Part shown: positions 16,948-27,040 of the stretch, piece by piece
How positions within the stretch are numbered: position 1 is the stretch's first letter
Layout of the letters: each line of letters begins with the position of its first letter
NCBI GenBank assembly: GCA_022566515.1
Contig: JADFIT010000001.1
Location: 16,685-80,684 of the forward strand
Length of the DNA: 64,000 nucleotides
Direction: 5' to 3'
Source of the DNA: Gemmatimonadota bacterium
Lineage (GTDB): Bacteria; Gemmatimonadota; Gemmatimonadetes; Gemmatimonadales; GWC2-71-9
Notes under the pieces: model-generated
The model's input: only the letters and a program-made list of their open reading frames with translations
What the model was told of the DNA's origin: nothing
Database searches by the model: none
Position numbers and translations under genes: made by a program

Positions 16948-19083
16948 CTAATACCTCGCAATCTCACTTATCGCCGCCTCCAAATCCCACACCTGGGGTA
17001 GAATTACATTCTCCAGGTCTGGCGAGTAGGCCACGAATGTGTCTGTCGCGGCGACACGCCGTACCGGGGCGTCGAGCCACGAAAAATGCTCGTCTGCAAT
17101 GCGAGCGGCGATTTCCGCTCCATATCCCCACGACAGCGAGTCTTCGTATGCCACGATCACCTTGTTGGTCTTCGCCACTGAGGTACCGAGGCTCTCCCAA
17201 TCCACGGGGCTCAACGAGCGAAGATCGATCACCTCTGTGCTAATACCCTCTTCGTCGGCAAGCTTCTTGGCAGCAACAAGTGTGCGTTGCACCACCGCCC
17301 CGTACGTGATGACCGTGAGATCCGTTCCCTCACGCACCACCCGGGCCTTCCCAAACGGAATCATGAAATTTGGGCCGGGGTTGGACGCCTTGTTGTAGGT
17401 CTGGCGGTACAGATGTTTGTGCTCGAGGAAGATGACCGGATCTTCACACCGGATCGCCGTGCGAAGCAATCCGCTGGCGTCGAGAGCCGTTGACGGACAC
17501 ACCACCCGCAGGCCGGGAACGCTGGTGTACACCACCGCACCCGTTTGCGAATGATAAATCCCTCCACCCCTGAGATACCCGCCGTAAGTCACCCGAACAA
17601 CCACGGGGCAACTGAAATCTCCGTTACTTCGCCAGCGTAGGGAGGCCATCTCGTTGCGCAACTGGTGGTAGGCGGGCCAGATGTAATCGAAGAACTGTAT
17701 TTCGACGACTGGCTTGATGCCACGCGTCGCGAGACCCACCGCGCGACCGATGATGTTGGCTTCAGCAAGGGGGGAATTGTAGACACGGTCACCGCCGAAC
17801 TCGCGCTGCAAACCCCACGTCACCTTGAAGACACCACCTTTCCCCTTCAGGTCATCGATATGCTCGTCGCGGGAAACATCGGCCACGTCCTGTCCGAAGA
17901 CGATCACCCGCGGATCGCGAATCATTTCGTCCCGCATACACTTGTTCAGCAGATCCACCATCGTGGTCGGAGTTCCACTGAACTGCGGGTCTTCCTCAGT
18001 GTCGAACTCCTCGCTCGTGGGATCCACACTCTCCGAATAGACATGTAAGTGCAATGTTTCCGGATCGGGCTGCGGTGACGCCAGCGCCAGGTCCGTGGCC
18101 AGTTGCACTTCCTCCTCCGCATGTGCCTTGATCTTCTCGATATCCTCTTCGGTTGCAATACCCTCTGCAATCAGTCGAGATGGAAAGGTCTCGATTGGGT
18201 CCCGGCCGGCCTCCTCCTCCCGCTCGGCACTTGGCTTGTACGCCCTCTCGTCGTCAGAAAGAGAATGGGAATAGGGCCGGATCACCCGCGCATGAACCAG
18301 TGCCGGTCCTTTCCGCGCGCGGCAATGCCCCACGGCAAGCGAAACAGCGTCGTACGACGCCACGGGGTCGCAGCCGTCTACCTCTTCGATACGAAGATCT
18401 GGAAACTGCGAAACGAGCTTGGATATGGACCCCCCGGCTGTCTGCACCTCGATGGGCACAGAGATCGCATAGCCATTATCCTCGATCATGAACAACACCG
18501 GGAGCTTGAGATTGCACGCCGTGTTCATGGCCTCCCAAAACTCGCCTTCGCTCGTCGCTCCCTCACCAGAGCTTACGTAGACGATCTCGTCGTCCTTAAT
18601 CAGCTCGTCGCCATCGGGAATCCCGTCGATCCTGGAGTAGCGCAGCCACGCCTCGGCACATCCAACCGCGTTGAGAAACTGCGTGCCCGTCGGACTCGAC
18701 GAGCTAACTATGTTCAGCGCTTTGTGTCCCCAGTGCGACGGCATTTGCTTGCCGTGAGAGTTCGGATCGTCGGCAGCCGCAACCGCCGACAGCAGCATCT
18801 CGGTGGGGGTCATGCCTAATCCCAAGCACAACGCTCGGTCCCTGTAGTAGGGGTAGAACCAATCGTGTGCCGGCTTCAACACTTTGGCCGCGGCAGCAAG
18901 GACAGCCTCATGTCCAGCGCCTGACATCTGGAAGAAGGTCTTGTTCTGACCCTTCAGTTTGATCTCCCGGTCGTCCAGGACCCGGGAGATCAACATCACC
19001 CGGTACAGGTCAAGAAGATCTGACTTGGTGAGTCTCCGAGAGGCAGAACGTTGCGTCCGCGAGCCAGTTTGGGTTTGCATCAT
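16948..19083 (-). CDS. Thiamine-diphosphate-dependent 2-oxoacid dehydrogenase E1 component, fused alpha+beta subunits
   Basis: The N-terminal half is E1-alpha-like ([11 protein letters not shown]...[13 protein letters not shown]...[15 protein letters not shown]). The C-terminal half is E1-beta-like (VFGQDV...[37 protein letters not shown]). Confidence 0.9.
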   Translation of the reverse strand: MMQTQTGSRTQRSASRRLTKSDLLDLYRVMLISRVLDDREIKLKGQNKTFFQMSGAGHEAVLAAAAKVLKPAHDWFYPYYRDRALCLGLGMTPTEMLLSAVAAADDPNSHGKQMPSHWGHKALNIVSSSSPTGTQFLNAVGCAEAWLRYSRIDGIPDGDELIKDDEIVYVSSGEGATSEGEFWEAMNTACNLKLPVLFMIEDNGYAISVPIEVQTAGGSISKLVSQFPDLRIEEVDGCDPVASYDAVSLAVGHCRARKGPALVHARVIRPYSHSLSDDERAYKPSAEREEEAGRDPIETFPSRLIAEGIATEEDIEKIKAHAEEEVQLATDLALASPQPDPETLHLHVYSESVDPTSEEFDTEEDPQFSGTPTTMVDLLNKCMRDEMIRDPRVIVFGQDVADVSRDEHIDDLKGKGGVFKVTWGLQREFGGDRVYNSPLAEANIIGRAVGLATRGIKPVVEIQFFDYIWPAYHQLRNEMASLRWRSNGDFSCPVVVRVTYGGYLRGGGIYHSQTGAVVYTSVPGLRVVCPSTALDASGLLRTAIRCEDPVIFLEHKHLYRQTYNKASNPGPNFMIPFGKARVVREGTDLTVITYGAVVQRTLVAAKKLADEEGISTEVIDLRSLSPVDWESLGTSVAKTNKVIVAYEDSLSWGYGAEIAARIADEHFSWLDAPVRRVAATDTFVAYSPDLENVILPQVWDLEAAISEIARY

Positions 19084-19102
19084 GAGGTAAGAGAATAAAC
19101 TG

Positions 19103-19348
19103 TCAGCGCAGCTTCGTCAGCTTTTTCAATGCCTGCAGTTTCTGGAGCGCGGTTTTCTCGTTCGGCGCATCACCGATGCTGTGGATCGCATCCCGTATAT
19201 CCATCAGCACCTCGAGCAGGAGTTGCTCTCGCTGATAGGCAGCGTCCGTATCCATCATCCTCCCGGCGTCCTCGGCCTGCTGGGCCCGATCGTACGCTTC
19301 GCGGTAGATGCTCTCTAGATTCGTAAGGATCTTGTCGCGTGAACGCAT
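19103..19348 (-). CDS. Small hypothetical protein (81 aa), predicted helical
   Basis: The [33 protein letters not shown]...[11 protein letters not shown] lies 19 nt upstream of the E1 gene on the same strand. No family is recognised. Confidence 0.5.
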   Translation of the reverse strand: MRSRDKILTNLESIYREAYDRAQQAEDAGRMMDTDAAYQREQLLLEVLMDIRDAIHSIGDAPNEKTALQKLQALKKLTKLR

Positions 19349-19433
19349 GGCTCCTCTGGACTAATACTCGAACATGCCGGTCTGGCCCCGCCAGCCCCGG
19401 GGTCTCGATGCATCGGCCCGGTAGGACAGGGAA

Positions 19434-20675
19434 TCACCACCGCAAGACCACCAAACCGCTCGGGACCTTAGGCGCAAAGTACGTTGATTTCTGGGGCATG
19501 AAGGCCCCTGCATCTGCCACCGCCAGAACCTGCTCCACCCCTGTTGGCCTCATCAATACGGCCGCCGATGCCCCCTCGGAATAGACACGTTGGATCACCA
19601 TCTTGGTCGAGGGGCCGTAGCTGATCTTACACGGAGACCCACCGACCGATCGTAGGGGATCGACAACCAAGCTGTCGATCTTCGCCACGTCGAGCGCCAG
19701 AACGGTAGGCTCATCTGCAAACGGCAACCACGAGAGATCAACGCCTTCCTTCACCTGGAGGCCAAGAAACGTTGGGCCGGGAAGATACACCACGCACCTC
19801 AGCCGCTCTCCGACTCCGCCCAGATAGACCTCTACGTCGCCGGCGGAAGCCAGGTCAGTCGGCTCGAACCGCTCTTCCAGCAGGCTCACGACCGCCGACC
19901 TGTCTATCGGGCTGCCGTGGATAATCCGATGCGTAGGAAGAACCGTGAGGCCCGGATCGCCCAGAGGCACGATCAGCCCCAGGGTTCGATCTGCCGCCGA
20001 GTTTTCGGCATGATAAATCTGCGCCGTTTCGTAGCGATGGTGGCCATCGGCAATGTAGAGGGCGCCGTCATCCCCGGCGGCACTGGCGATTGCTTTCCCC
20101 GCTTGTCCCGGTACGCTCCAAAGCGATATCCTCACACCGTCCAGTACCGTCTGAAAGTCGGAATCCCCGGCCACCACCGACAGAAGCAACTCCTGGAGTA
20201 CGCCGCTGCTATCTCGACACATCAGCAGCAGGGCCTCGAACATCGCCCGGGTGGACTGCATGAGAGCCAGACGGTCTTCCTTGGGGCCTCTATGCGTTCT
20301 CTCGTGTGGTCTAACCCGGCCCTGCGAATACGGCTCTACCACCACCGCAGCGATGACACCGGTTCGCACCTTTGTCTCCCCATCCGGGGCCTCGAACTCC
20401 TGTCGAACGACATAGACAGCGGGCTCGCGGTCTTGGACCAATACACCTTGGCTGCGCCATGACTCCAGGATCGTGGCTGCATGCCCGTACCGGTTGCCAT
20501 TCCCGGCGGGAAGAATCAAACGAACGATGTTGTGCTCGCTCCGCTCGCGGTAGATTCTTCGCTGCTCCGTTGAGATCACATCATAGGGAGGCGCGATCAA
20601 GTCGCCAGACCGCTCTAAGTCGCGGTACCGCTCTCCCTTGAACGGCGTGACAAGCGCAGTAGATCCGTCAGTCAT
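19434..20675 (-). CDS. DUF1015-family protein
   Basis: ALYIADGHHRYETA and the PPYDVIS-type N-terminal motif are as remembered for DUF1015. I prefer the start at MTDGSTALV (AAGGTAGG upstream) over 20741. Confidence 0.8.
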   Translation of the reverse strand: MTDGSTALVTPFKGERYRDLERSGDLIAPPYDVISTEQRRIYRERSEHNIVRLILPAGNGNRYGHAATILESWRSQGVLVQDREPAVYVVRQEFEAPDGETKVRTGVIAAVVVEPYSQGRVRPHERTHRGPKEDRLALMQSTRAMFEALLLMCRDSSGVLQELLLSVVAGDSDFQTVLDGVRISLWSVPGQAGKAIASAAGDDGALYIADGHHRYETAQIYHAENSAADRTLGLIVPLGDPGLTVLPTHRIIHGSPIDRSAVVSLLEERFEPTDLASAGDVEVYLGGVGERLRCVVYLPGPTFLGLQVKEGVDLSWLPFADEPTVLALDVAKIDSLVVDPLRSVGGSPCKISYGPSTKMVIQRVYSEGASAAVLMRPTGVEQVLAVADAGAFMPQKSTYFAPKVPSGLVVLRW

Positions 20676-20860
20676 GCCTACCTTTCGGGAATTTCCAGAG
20701 TTTCGATATCCGGACGGAAACCGTCGGCCCAGCCCGGCCACCTCTTCAGCTCAGCGGATGCGGGCGTCAAGCAATCTAGCGCTCAACTCGCTGAACGGTA
20801 CGCACCTTACGCCTCGATTGGCCTCCAGATCGCAAGGGCCATCAATTTCTTGCTTCGGCG

Positions 20861-21751
20861 TCACTCCCAGTGCTTCGCCGCCTGAACGGCTTCCTCGAGT
20901 AGCTTGCGATATGAATCCAGACGCGCACGACTGATCTCTCCAGAGTCAGCGGCGGCGGCAACGGCGCAATTCGGCTCTGCCACGTGACGACAGTTGTCGA
21001 AGCGACAGTGCGGAATTTGGGAGGCGAACTCTGGAAAAGCCGCGGCGAGTTCCTGCGGCAGGACACCCCATAACCCCACATCGCGCAACCCCGGTGTGTC
21101 CACCACAAAGCCGCCGTCTTTGAGGCTGTGCATTTCGGTGGTCGTGGTCGTGTGACGTCCGGCACCGCTTCGCCGACTCACTTCGGCTGTTCTGAGCCTT
21201 AGGCCTGGCTGCAGCATGTTGAGGAGGGCGGATTTTCCCACGCCGGTGGAGCCGGTAAACAATGAAACGCGGTTCGCGAGCTTACGCCGCAGTGGCTCGA
21301 CGCCGACGCCGTGCGGCACGCTCGTGACTATCACGTCATAACCTGCTGCACCGTACGGCTCGCCAAGCGATGCTGCGTCGTCCACGAGATCGGCCTTGTT
21401 CACGACGACCACGGCAGGTAGGTGATTCGTTTCGGCCACCACCAAAAAGCGGTCTATGAGGTGAGTGTCCCATCGGGGTCGGTCTGCCGCACCCACAACA
21501 ATCACCTGGTCTAGATTGGCTGCGATGGAGCGTACACCGCGGGACTTTCCCGGCATTCGCCGCCGCAACACGGTACGTCGCTCAGCGACTTCCTCTATGG
21601 TCACGGACCCGTTTTCGTGTGCGTGCAGCAATACCTCATCACCCACCAGGACGCGCTTGGCCTCGCCCCGTTTCATTCGACCACGAAGAGAGGCATCCAG
21701 AGTCTCGCCGTTGCTAAACACACGGTAAGTCCCCCCGATGATGGAAAGCAC
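20861..21751 (-). CDS. rsgA: Ribosome small-subunit-dependent GTPase A
   Basis: The GTPase is circularly permuted: VVVNKADL (G4) precedes GSTGVGKSALLN (G1) and VVDTPG. The C-terminal zinc motif is CRFDNCRHVAEPNCAV. Confidence 0.9.
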   Translation of the reverse strand: MLSIIGGTYRVFSNGETLDASLRGRMKRGEAKRVLVGDEVLLHAHENGSVTIEEVAERRTVLRRRMPGKSRGVRSIAANLDQVIVVGAADRPRWDTHLIDRFLVVAETNHLPAVVVVNKADLVDDAASLGEPYGAAGYDVIVTSVPHGVGVEPLRRKLANRVSLFTGSTGVGKSALLNMLQPGLRLRTAEVSRRSGAGRHTTTTTEMHSLKDGGFVVDTPGLRDVGLWGVLPQELAAAFPEFASQIPHCRFDNCRHVAEPNCAVAAAADSGEISRARLDSYRKLLEEAVQAAKHWE

Positions 21752-21768
21752 GGTTCCGTATCTCTGCT

Positions 21769-22092
21769 CTACCAGTCCGGCAACCCTCCTTTTTCCTCGA
21801 TGAGCCGTTCCAGGTGCCCCTTGACTTGGTGGAGAGTCAAAGCGTAGAGGGCCGATTTCACTTCCGCCCGCCGATCCGCCACGGCTAAGGGCTCGGTTTC
21901 CAAATGACCAACAGGCTGCGCTCCGTCAGGAGACCACCGAACGAAGATCAAAGCGGCCGAATATTTCTTGTTTGCGATCTCATCCTCTTCTATGTAAACG
22001 TCCACCGAATAGGACGCACCATCAGACCCTTCGAAGGCGGGTGGACGGGAATGCTTCTCAAAATAGCCACCCAACGACGCATCCGGCATCAC
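21769..22092 (-). CDS. Hypothetical protein (107 aa)
   Basis: The ORF start overlaps the stop of the proline dehydrogenase gene by 4 nt. No family is recognised. Confidence 0.6.
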   Translation of the reverse strand: MMPDASLGGYFEKHSRPPAFEGSDGASYSVDVYIEEDEIANKKYSAALIFVRWSPDGAQPVGHLETEPLAVADRRAEVKSALYALTLHQVKGHLERLIEEKGGLPDW

Positions 22093-23021
22093 TTCCAGAA
22101 ACGGGCCTCTTTCAGAACACTGATGGTAATGAACGCGAGGTTAGCCGGGCGCTCGGCGAGCCGGCGCATCAGATAGGGATACCACTGCGTGCCGAACGGA
22201 ATGTAGACGCGCATGTTATAGCCATCGTTGCGGAGCTTCTGTTGGAGATCGCGTCGCACGCCGTACAGCATTTGAAATTCGAATCGGTCAGCAGAGACCT
22301 TCTCCTTCTTCACGAATTCTATCGTGCGTTTGACAAGTTCCTCATCGTGCGTGGCGATGCCCGTGTAATTGCCCCTTTGCACCAGAAGCTCCATCAGCTT
22401 GGCATACGATTCTGACACCTCGCGCCGCTCTTGAAACGCAATATCCGCAGGCTCCGCATACGCTCCTTTGCAGAGCCTAACACGTGCCTGCAGCTCAATG
22501 AGCGCCTCGACGTCAGCAGCAGATCGGCGCATGTAGCTTTGGATCACCACACCGGTCAAGTCACCGAACTCCGGGAGCAAACGCTGCGAAAACAACTTCA
22601 GCGTCCGCTCAGTGTGGAGCGAGCCCTCCATGTCGATACGGACGAAGATGTCATGCTTGCGCGCGCGTGCGAGCACCTTGTGCATGTTGGCCACGCAGGT
22701 CTCTTCGCTAAGATCGAGACCCATCTGCGTCAGCTTGACCGACACATTCGCATCGACTCCCGTCTCGGCGATTCGGTCGAGGATTTCTATGACCTCATCC
22801 CTGGATCGCGCCGCTTCACTCTCATCAGTGACGCTTTCGCCCAAGAGATCCAGGGATGTGGATATCCCTTTCTCGTTCAGTCCGCGTGCCGCTTGAATCG
22901 CTTCGTCCAGCGTCTCACCTGCCACAAACCGACTTGCGAATTTGCGCGAGAAACCATTGCGCCTCACCAGTTCGAAGACTTCTTCTTGTTCGCTAAGCCA
23001 GAGCAGTGCGCTTCGAAGCAA
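22089..23021 (-). CDS. Monofunctional proline dehydrogenase (PutA catalytic-domain-like)
   Basis: The ~310-aa TIM-barrel PRODH pattern is present: SLDLLGE, VSVKLTQ, IDMEGS, VIQSYMRRS, VRLCKGAY, ATHDE and FQMLYGVR...YIPFG..WYPYLMRRLAERPAN. Confidence 0.85.
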   Translation of the reverse strand: MLRSALLWLSEQEEVFELVRRNGFSRKFASRFVAGETLDEAIQAARGLNEKGISTSLDLLGESVTDESEAARSRDEVIEILDRIAETGVDANVSVKLTQMGLDLSEETCVANMHKVLARARKHDIFVRIDMEGSLHTERTLKLFSQRLLPEFGDLTGVVIQSYMRRSAADVEALIELQARVRLCKGAYAEPADIAFQERREVSESYAKLMELLVQRGNYTGIATHDEELVKRTIEFVKKEKVSADRFEFQMLYGVRRDLQQKLRNDGYNMRVYIPFGTQWYPYLMRRLAERPANLAFITISVLKEARFWK

Positions 23022-23035
23022 TGTGTTGAATTCCG

Positions 23036-25162
23036 CTAATTGTTGGGGTAAAAACGAAGGTTGGAAGCTGCCATCCGCTGCAATACCGGTGCCGGAGCGA
23101 ATCGATCGCCATAGGCCTGGGACAGCCGCTCGAGCGTGTCTACCGCCCGCGCCGCCCCGATGTCATCGAGCTGCCGTAGCGGACCACCCTGGAATGGTGG
23201 GTAACCAATCCCAAATACTGCACCCACATCGCCGTCCCTCGCCGAGCGAACTACTCCTTCATCCAAGGCGCGAGCCGCCTCATTCAGCAGCGCAAAGACG
23301 AGCCGCTTCTCGATATCGATGTTGGGCACCGGACGGGCGTTCACACTGAGCACTTCGTAGACCGACTGATCCACCCCCTTCCTCTTGCCCTTCTCGTATC
23401 GATAGAAACCACGCCCGCTCTTCCGACCCAATCGTCCGTCGTCAATCATTCGACCAAGCCCGTCTATCGGCGTGAGTCTGTCTCCCAAGGCCTCATGCAT
23501 TACCAACGACCCCTTGTGGGCGACGTCCAAACCCACCTCGTCGAGCAGCTGGATCGGTCCAACTGGAAAACCAAAACGCTTCATGCTGCGATCGATGTCT
23601 TCGATCGACACTCCCTCATTCACCATCCGCCCTGCCTCGTTGAGGTAGGGAGAGAGAATGCGGTTGACCCAAAACCCCGGATGATCGCGCACCACGATTA
23701 CGGTCTTTCCCATACGACGACCGAAGTCGACCGACGTGACCGTCACCCACGGCTCCGTATGATCCGTAACGATGATTTCGAGCAGCGGCATTTTCTCCAC
23801 CGGAGAAAAGAAATGCATGCCGATCACACGACCTGGATGCCGAGCGGCCTCGGCGATGCGGGCGATCGGTATGGTGCTCGTGTTGGATGCCAGGATACAG
23901 CGCTCTCCCACCAGAGTCTCCAACTCACGAAACACCTGACGTTTCACATCGAGGTCCTCGAAAACTGCCTCGATCACCAAGTCCGACCGACCGAATCCCG
24001 CCCAATCGGCTCCACCCGATACGAGGGCCTCCAAACGCCGGTACTCGTACTTCGTGAGTCGTTTACGCTCGAGCCTGTCCCTGAGGATCTTGCGTCCCAG
24101 ATCCACTCCCCTCTTCACTCTATCGAGACTAGTATCACGAAGCCGCACATCGACGCCCGCCCGCAAGACGGCGGTCCCCGCGATGGCCGCCCCCATGAAC
24201 CCGGCACCCACAACGGCAAGGCTCTTCACATCTTTCACTTCCGGCTCCGGGCCTTCGACACCGGAATCTTTTTTTAGCGCCGCAGTCGCGAAAAAGATCT
24301 GGACGAGCTTGCGAGATACCTCACCAACACCCAGTTCGGCAAAGTGCTTTGCCTCGCAATCCAACCCCGCCGCGATGCCGTGCTTGAGTCCGTGCCGTAT
24401 CGCATCGAGAGCGGCGAGAGGAGCAGGGTAATGGCCCCTGGTTTTCTTCTTCACCTGCTTTTCCGCCGTTGAAAAAACGATACGGCGTCCGAGAGGGTTT
24501 CTATCGAGCACGACCGACGCTAGCCCGCCTCGTGGCCGCGCTGGTTTCCAACCGCCGGCGAGCTTGCGGGCCGCCTTCATCGCTACTTCTTCGAGGATCG
24601 CAGGGTGCACCAACTCATCCACGATACCGAATCGGTAAGCCCTGTGGGCGGACACGACCTTACCAGCGAGGATAATGTCCAACGCCGCTCGGACTCCGAT
24701 CAACCGAGGAAGGCGCTGGCATCCGCCGGCGGCTGGTATGATGCCGAGCTGGACTTCAGGGAGCCCCAAGGTCGTCTTTGGATGGTTCGTGGCAACGCGG
24801 TACGTACACGCGAGCGCCGCTTCCAACCCACCTCCCAAGCACGCACCGTGAATGGCTGCCACCACCGGCTTGTCCAGCTCGCCGAACCGGCTGACCAATC
24901 GCTGCCCGCCGCGCACGAGTTGCAGCGCTTCGTCGCTCGATTTCAGTCGGACGAATTCGTCGATGTCAGCACCGGCGATGAAGCTGTCCCGCTTTCCCGA
25001 CAGGAAAACGACCGCGCGAACGTCGGCATCGCCACGCAATTGGTTGAACAGCGGCTCCAATTCGTCCCGCACGCCGGCGGTGATCTTGTTGACGGGTTCG
25101 TCTGGTAAATCAAAGACGACGCGCGCAATGCCGTCGTGAGTGTCCACCGTAAACGCTGTCAT
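23036..25162 (-). CDS. Fatty-acid oxidation multifunctional enzyme (enoyl-CoA hydratase / 3-hydroxyacyl-CoA dehydrogenase), FadJ/FadB-type
   Basis: The N-terminal crotonase fold (FIAGADI...AAIHGACLGGGLE) is followed by the Rossmann motif VVGAGFMGAAIA and a 3-HADH C-terminal domain. The start at MTAFTV lies 1 nt after the thiolase stop. Confidence 0.9.
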   Translation of the reverse strand: MTAFTVDTHDGIARVVFDLPDEPVNKITAGVRDELEPLFNQLRGDADVRAVVFLSGKRDSFIAGADIDEFVRLKSSDEALQLVRGGQRLVSRFGELDKPVVAAIHGACLGGGLEAALACTYRVATNHPKTTLGLPEVQLGIIPAAGGCQRLPRLIGVRAALDIILAGKVVSAHRAYRFGIVDELVHPAILEEVAMKAARKLAGGWKPARPRGGLASVVLDRNPLGRRIVFSTAEKQVKKKTRGHYPAPLAALDAIRHGLKHGIAAGLDCEAKHFAELGVGEVSRKLVQIFFATAALKKDSGVEGPEPEVKDVKSLAVVGAGFMGAAIAGTAVLRAGVDVRLRDTSLDRVKRGVDLGRKILRDRLERKRLTKYEYRRLEALVSGGADWAGFGRSDLVIEAVFEDLDVKRQVFRELETLVGERCILASNTSTIPIARIAEAARHPGRVIGMHFFSPVEKMPLLEIIVTDHTEPWVTVTSVDFGRRMGKTVIVVRDHPGFWVNRILSPYLNEAGRMVNEGVSIEDIDRSMKRFGFPVGPIQLLDEVGLDVAHKGSLVMHEALGDRLTPIDGLGRMIDDGRLGRKSGRGFYRYEKGKRKGVDQSVYEVLSVNARPVPNIDIEKRLVFALLNEAARALDEGVVRSARDGDVGAVFGIGYPPFQGGPLRQLDDIGAARAVDTLERLSQAYGDRFAPAPVLQRMAASNLRFYPNN

Positions 25163-25163
25163 G

Positions 25164-26456
25164 TCAGCGACGCTCCAACACCATCGCGAACCCCATCCCT
25201 CCCTGGGCACACACCGAGATCAGGCCGAACTGAACGTCGCGTCGGGCCATTTCGTTGGCGAGTGTCAAGGTGATGCGCCCACCCGTCGCACCGAATGGAT
25301 GTCCGATCGCGAGGGATCCGCCCATGACGTTCAAGGTGTCACGGTTGACTTGGCCAATCGGTTCAGGGCGACCCAGCCGTTCTTGCGCCCATTTCTTGGA
25401 TTCGAAGGCCTGGATGTTCGAGAGAACCTGCGACGCAAACGCTTCGTGCATTTCAACGAGACCCAACTCCCGCCAGGTGATCCCCGCACGGTCGAGGGCC
25501 ACAGGCACAGCATACGCCGGACCCATCAACAGCTGATCACCAGGGTCCAAAGCCGCCACAGCATACGATCGGATATATGCCAGGGGCACGTATCCAAGTG
25601 CCTTGGCAGCGTCCTCGCTCATCAGAAGCAGGGCCGAGGCACCATCGGTCAGCGGAGAGGAATTTCCAGCCGTTACCGTGCCATACCTGCGGTCGAACGC
25701 CGGCCTCAGCGCAGCCAGGCGGTCCAGTGTGCTGTCGGTGCGGATGCCGTTGTCCATCGATATTGGGTCGCCGTGATATGGAAACAACGGCGCTATCTCC
25801 GCCGTGATGCGGCCGTCTTCCGTACCGGCGGCCGCCAGGCGATGGCTCCGCAGGGCAAAGGTGTCCTGGTGCTCCCTACTAATTCCGTTTTCCTTGGCCA
25901 TCTTTTCGGCCGACTGGCCCATCGACTCTCCGGTGGAGGGCTCGGCGATCGCGGGCGCCACCGGCACGAGATCTCTCGGCCTGATTCCCGCCACCAGCTT
26001 GATCCGTTGGGAAAGGGTCTTTGCCTTGCTCAGCCCGACGAGCATTTCACTGAAACGCTTCGAGTGGAGAATGGGAACGTTGGAAAGGCTCTCAGCCCCG
26101 CCCGCAATGACAACCCGCGCATACCCGTGCGCAATCTGGTCCGCACCTTGAGCAATGGCGGAGTTTGCAGACGCACACGCCCGATTGACGGATGCGGCGG
26201 GGATGGACTTGGGAAACTGCGGTAGGAGACTGACCTCACGGGCAATATTCGGGGTGAGAGCGCTGGGAACGACCTGGCCGAAGTACATTTCGTCAACCAG
26301 ATCTCCGTCTAGGTTCATCCGATGCACCAGCTCGACGGTCGTCCGCCGTGCAAGGTCAACGGCCGGAATGTCCTTGAGCAAAGTGCCGGACCTACAGAAC
26401 GGGCTCCGGCAACCTCCGACTACGGCAACCCGCGATCCTGTACGTGGCGAAATCAT
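25164..26456 (-). CDS. Acetyl-CoA C-acyltransferase (thiolase), FadA/FadI-type
   Basis: Thiolase motifs VNRACASANSAI (active Cys), NGGSLAIGHPFGATG-like (MGGSLAIGHPFGATGGR) and CAQGGMG are present. The start is taken at MISPRTGSRVAVVGG. Confidence 0.9.
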   Translation of the reverse strand: MISPRTGSRVAVVGGCRSPFCRSGTLLKDIPAVDLARRTTVELVHRMNLDGDLVDEMYFGQVVPSALTPNIAREVSLLPQFPKSIPAASVNRACASANSAIAQGADQIAHGYARVVIAGGAESLSNVPILHSKRFSEMLVGLSKAKTLSQRIKLVAGIRPRDLVPVAPAIAEPSTGESMGQSAEKMAKENGISREHQDTFALRSHRLAAAGTEDGRITAEIAPLFPYHGDPISMDNGIRTDSTLDRLAALRPAFDRRYGTVTAGNSSPLTDGASALLLMSEDAAKALGYVPLAYIRSYAVAALDPGDQLLMGPAYAVPVALDRAGITWRELGLVEMHEAFASQVLSNIQAFESKKWAQERLGRPEPIGQVNRDTLNVMGGSLAIGHPFGATGGRITLTLANEMARRDVQFGLISVCAQGGMGFAMVLERR

Positions 26457-26502
26457 TCGCGGAAAGCTAGTGACCCTTGTGGCCGGCAGGCAGGGAGAGC
26501 CA

Positions 26503-26979
26503 TCATTCCCGACGCACAGCAACGACACTTGCGAGGGCAGCCGAGCGCGAGTCGAACGCTTCGACTACCTCTCTAGCGAACACCACTTCAAAGGGCTCAA
26601 CTAGGGCGCTCAACTCACCCCGCTTCAGTACGTGCTCGGGCGAACTCGGGCCCCACCCAAACACATGTTGACTCTCCAGAAAGGTCTCGTAAATAAAATG
26701 ACCACCCGGCTTCAAAGCCTGCTTGAAATGCTCCATCCGGTTACGGTCGAGGTAATTGAACCCCATGACGACGTCGAAGGCTTTCTCGGGAAGGGAAACG
26801 GTGGTGAGATCTGCGCATTCCCAGGTGACGGTGAGCCCGCGTTCTGCAGCCCGGACACGGGCGATCTCCAGTCGGTCGGCGTTGTGATCGAGTGCCACCA
26901 CGTCGGCACCGAGCGCCGCGGCGGCAATCGCATGCCGTCCCTTACCACATGCGATATCAAGCACCTGGATGCCAGGCAT
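26503..26979 (-). CDS. Class I SAM-dependent methyltransferase (short form)
   Basis: VLDIACGKGRHAIAAA...VVALD is SAM motif I and begins only 6 aa after the start. The in-frame upstream codons back to the stop at 27064-27066 contain no ATG, GTG or TTG, so the N-terminus really is short. Confidence 0.7.
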   Translation of the reverse strand: MPGIQVLDIACGKGRHAIAAAALGADVVALDHNADRLEIARVRAAERGLTVTWECADLTTVSLPEKAFDVVMGFNYLDRNRMEHFKQALKPGGHFIYETFLESQHVFGWGPSSPEHVLKRGELSALVEPFEVVFAREVVEAFDSRSAALASVVAVRRE

Positions 26980-27040
26980 GATGAGCCGCCGGTGCCATTG
27001 GAACCAGGTGCTCGGTCGCTGGTCTTGATCCTGAGCTAAC

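Noticed and set aside
25140-26225. There are very long ORFs antisense to well-supported genes:
- 25140-26225 (+, 361 aa) opposite the thiolase
- 42418-43308 (+, 296 aa) opposite sufB
- 51884-52696 (-, 270 aa) opposite thiC
- 23495-24277 (+, 260 aa) opposite the FadJ-like gene
- 57245-58021 (-, 258 aa) opposite the MMPL gene
- 18103-18819 (+) opposite the E1 gene
- 62089-62814 (+, 241 aa)
- 553-1278 (-)
   Set aside because: GC-rich genomes have few stop codons on the antisense strand of real genes. These translations are Arg/Pro/Gly/His-rich with no recognisable motifs, while the opposite-strand genes carry unambiguous family signatures. I therefore treat them as artefacts, not overlapping genes.
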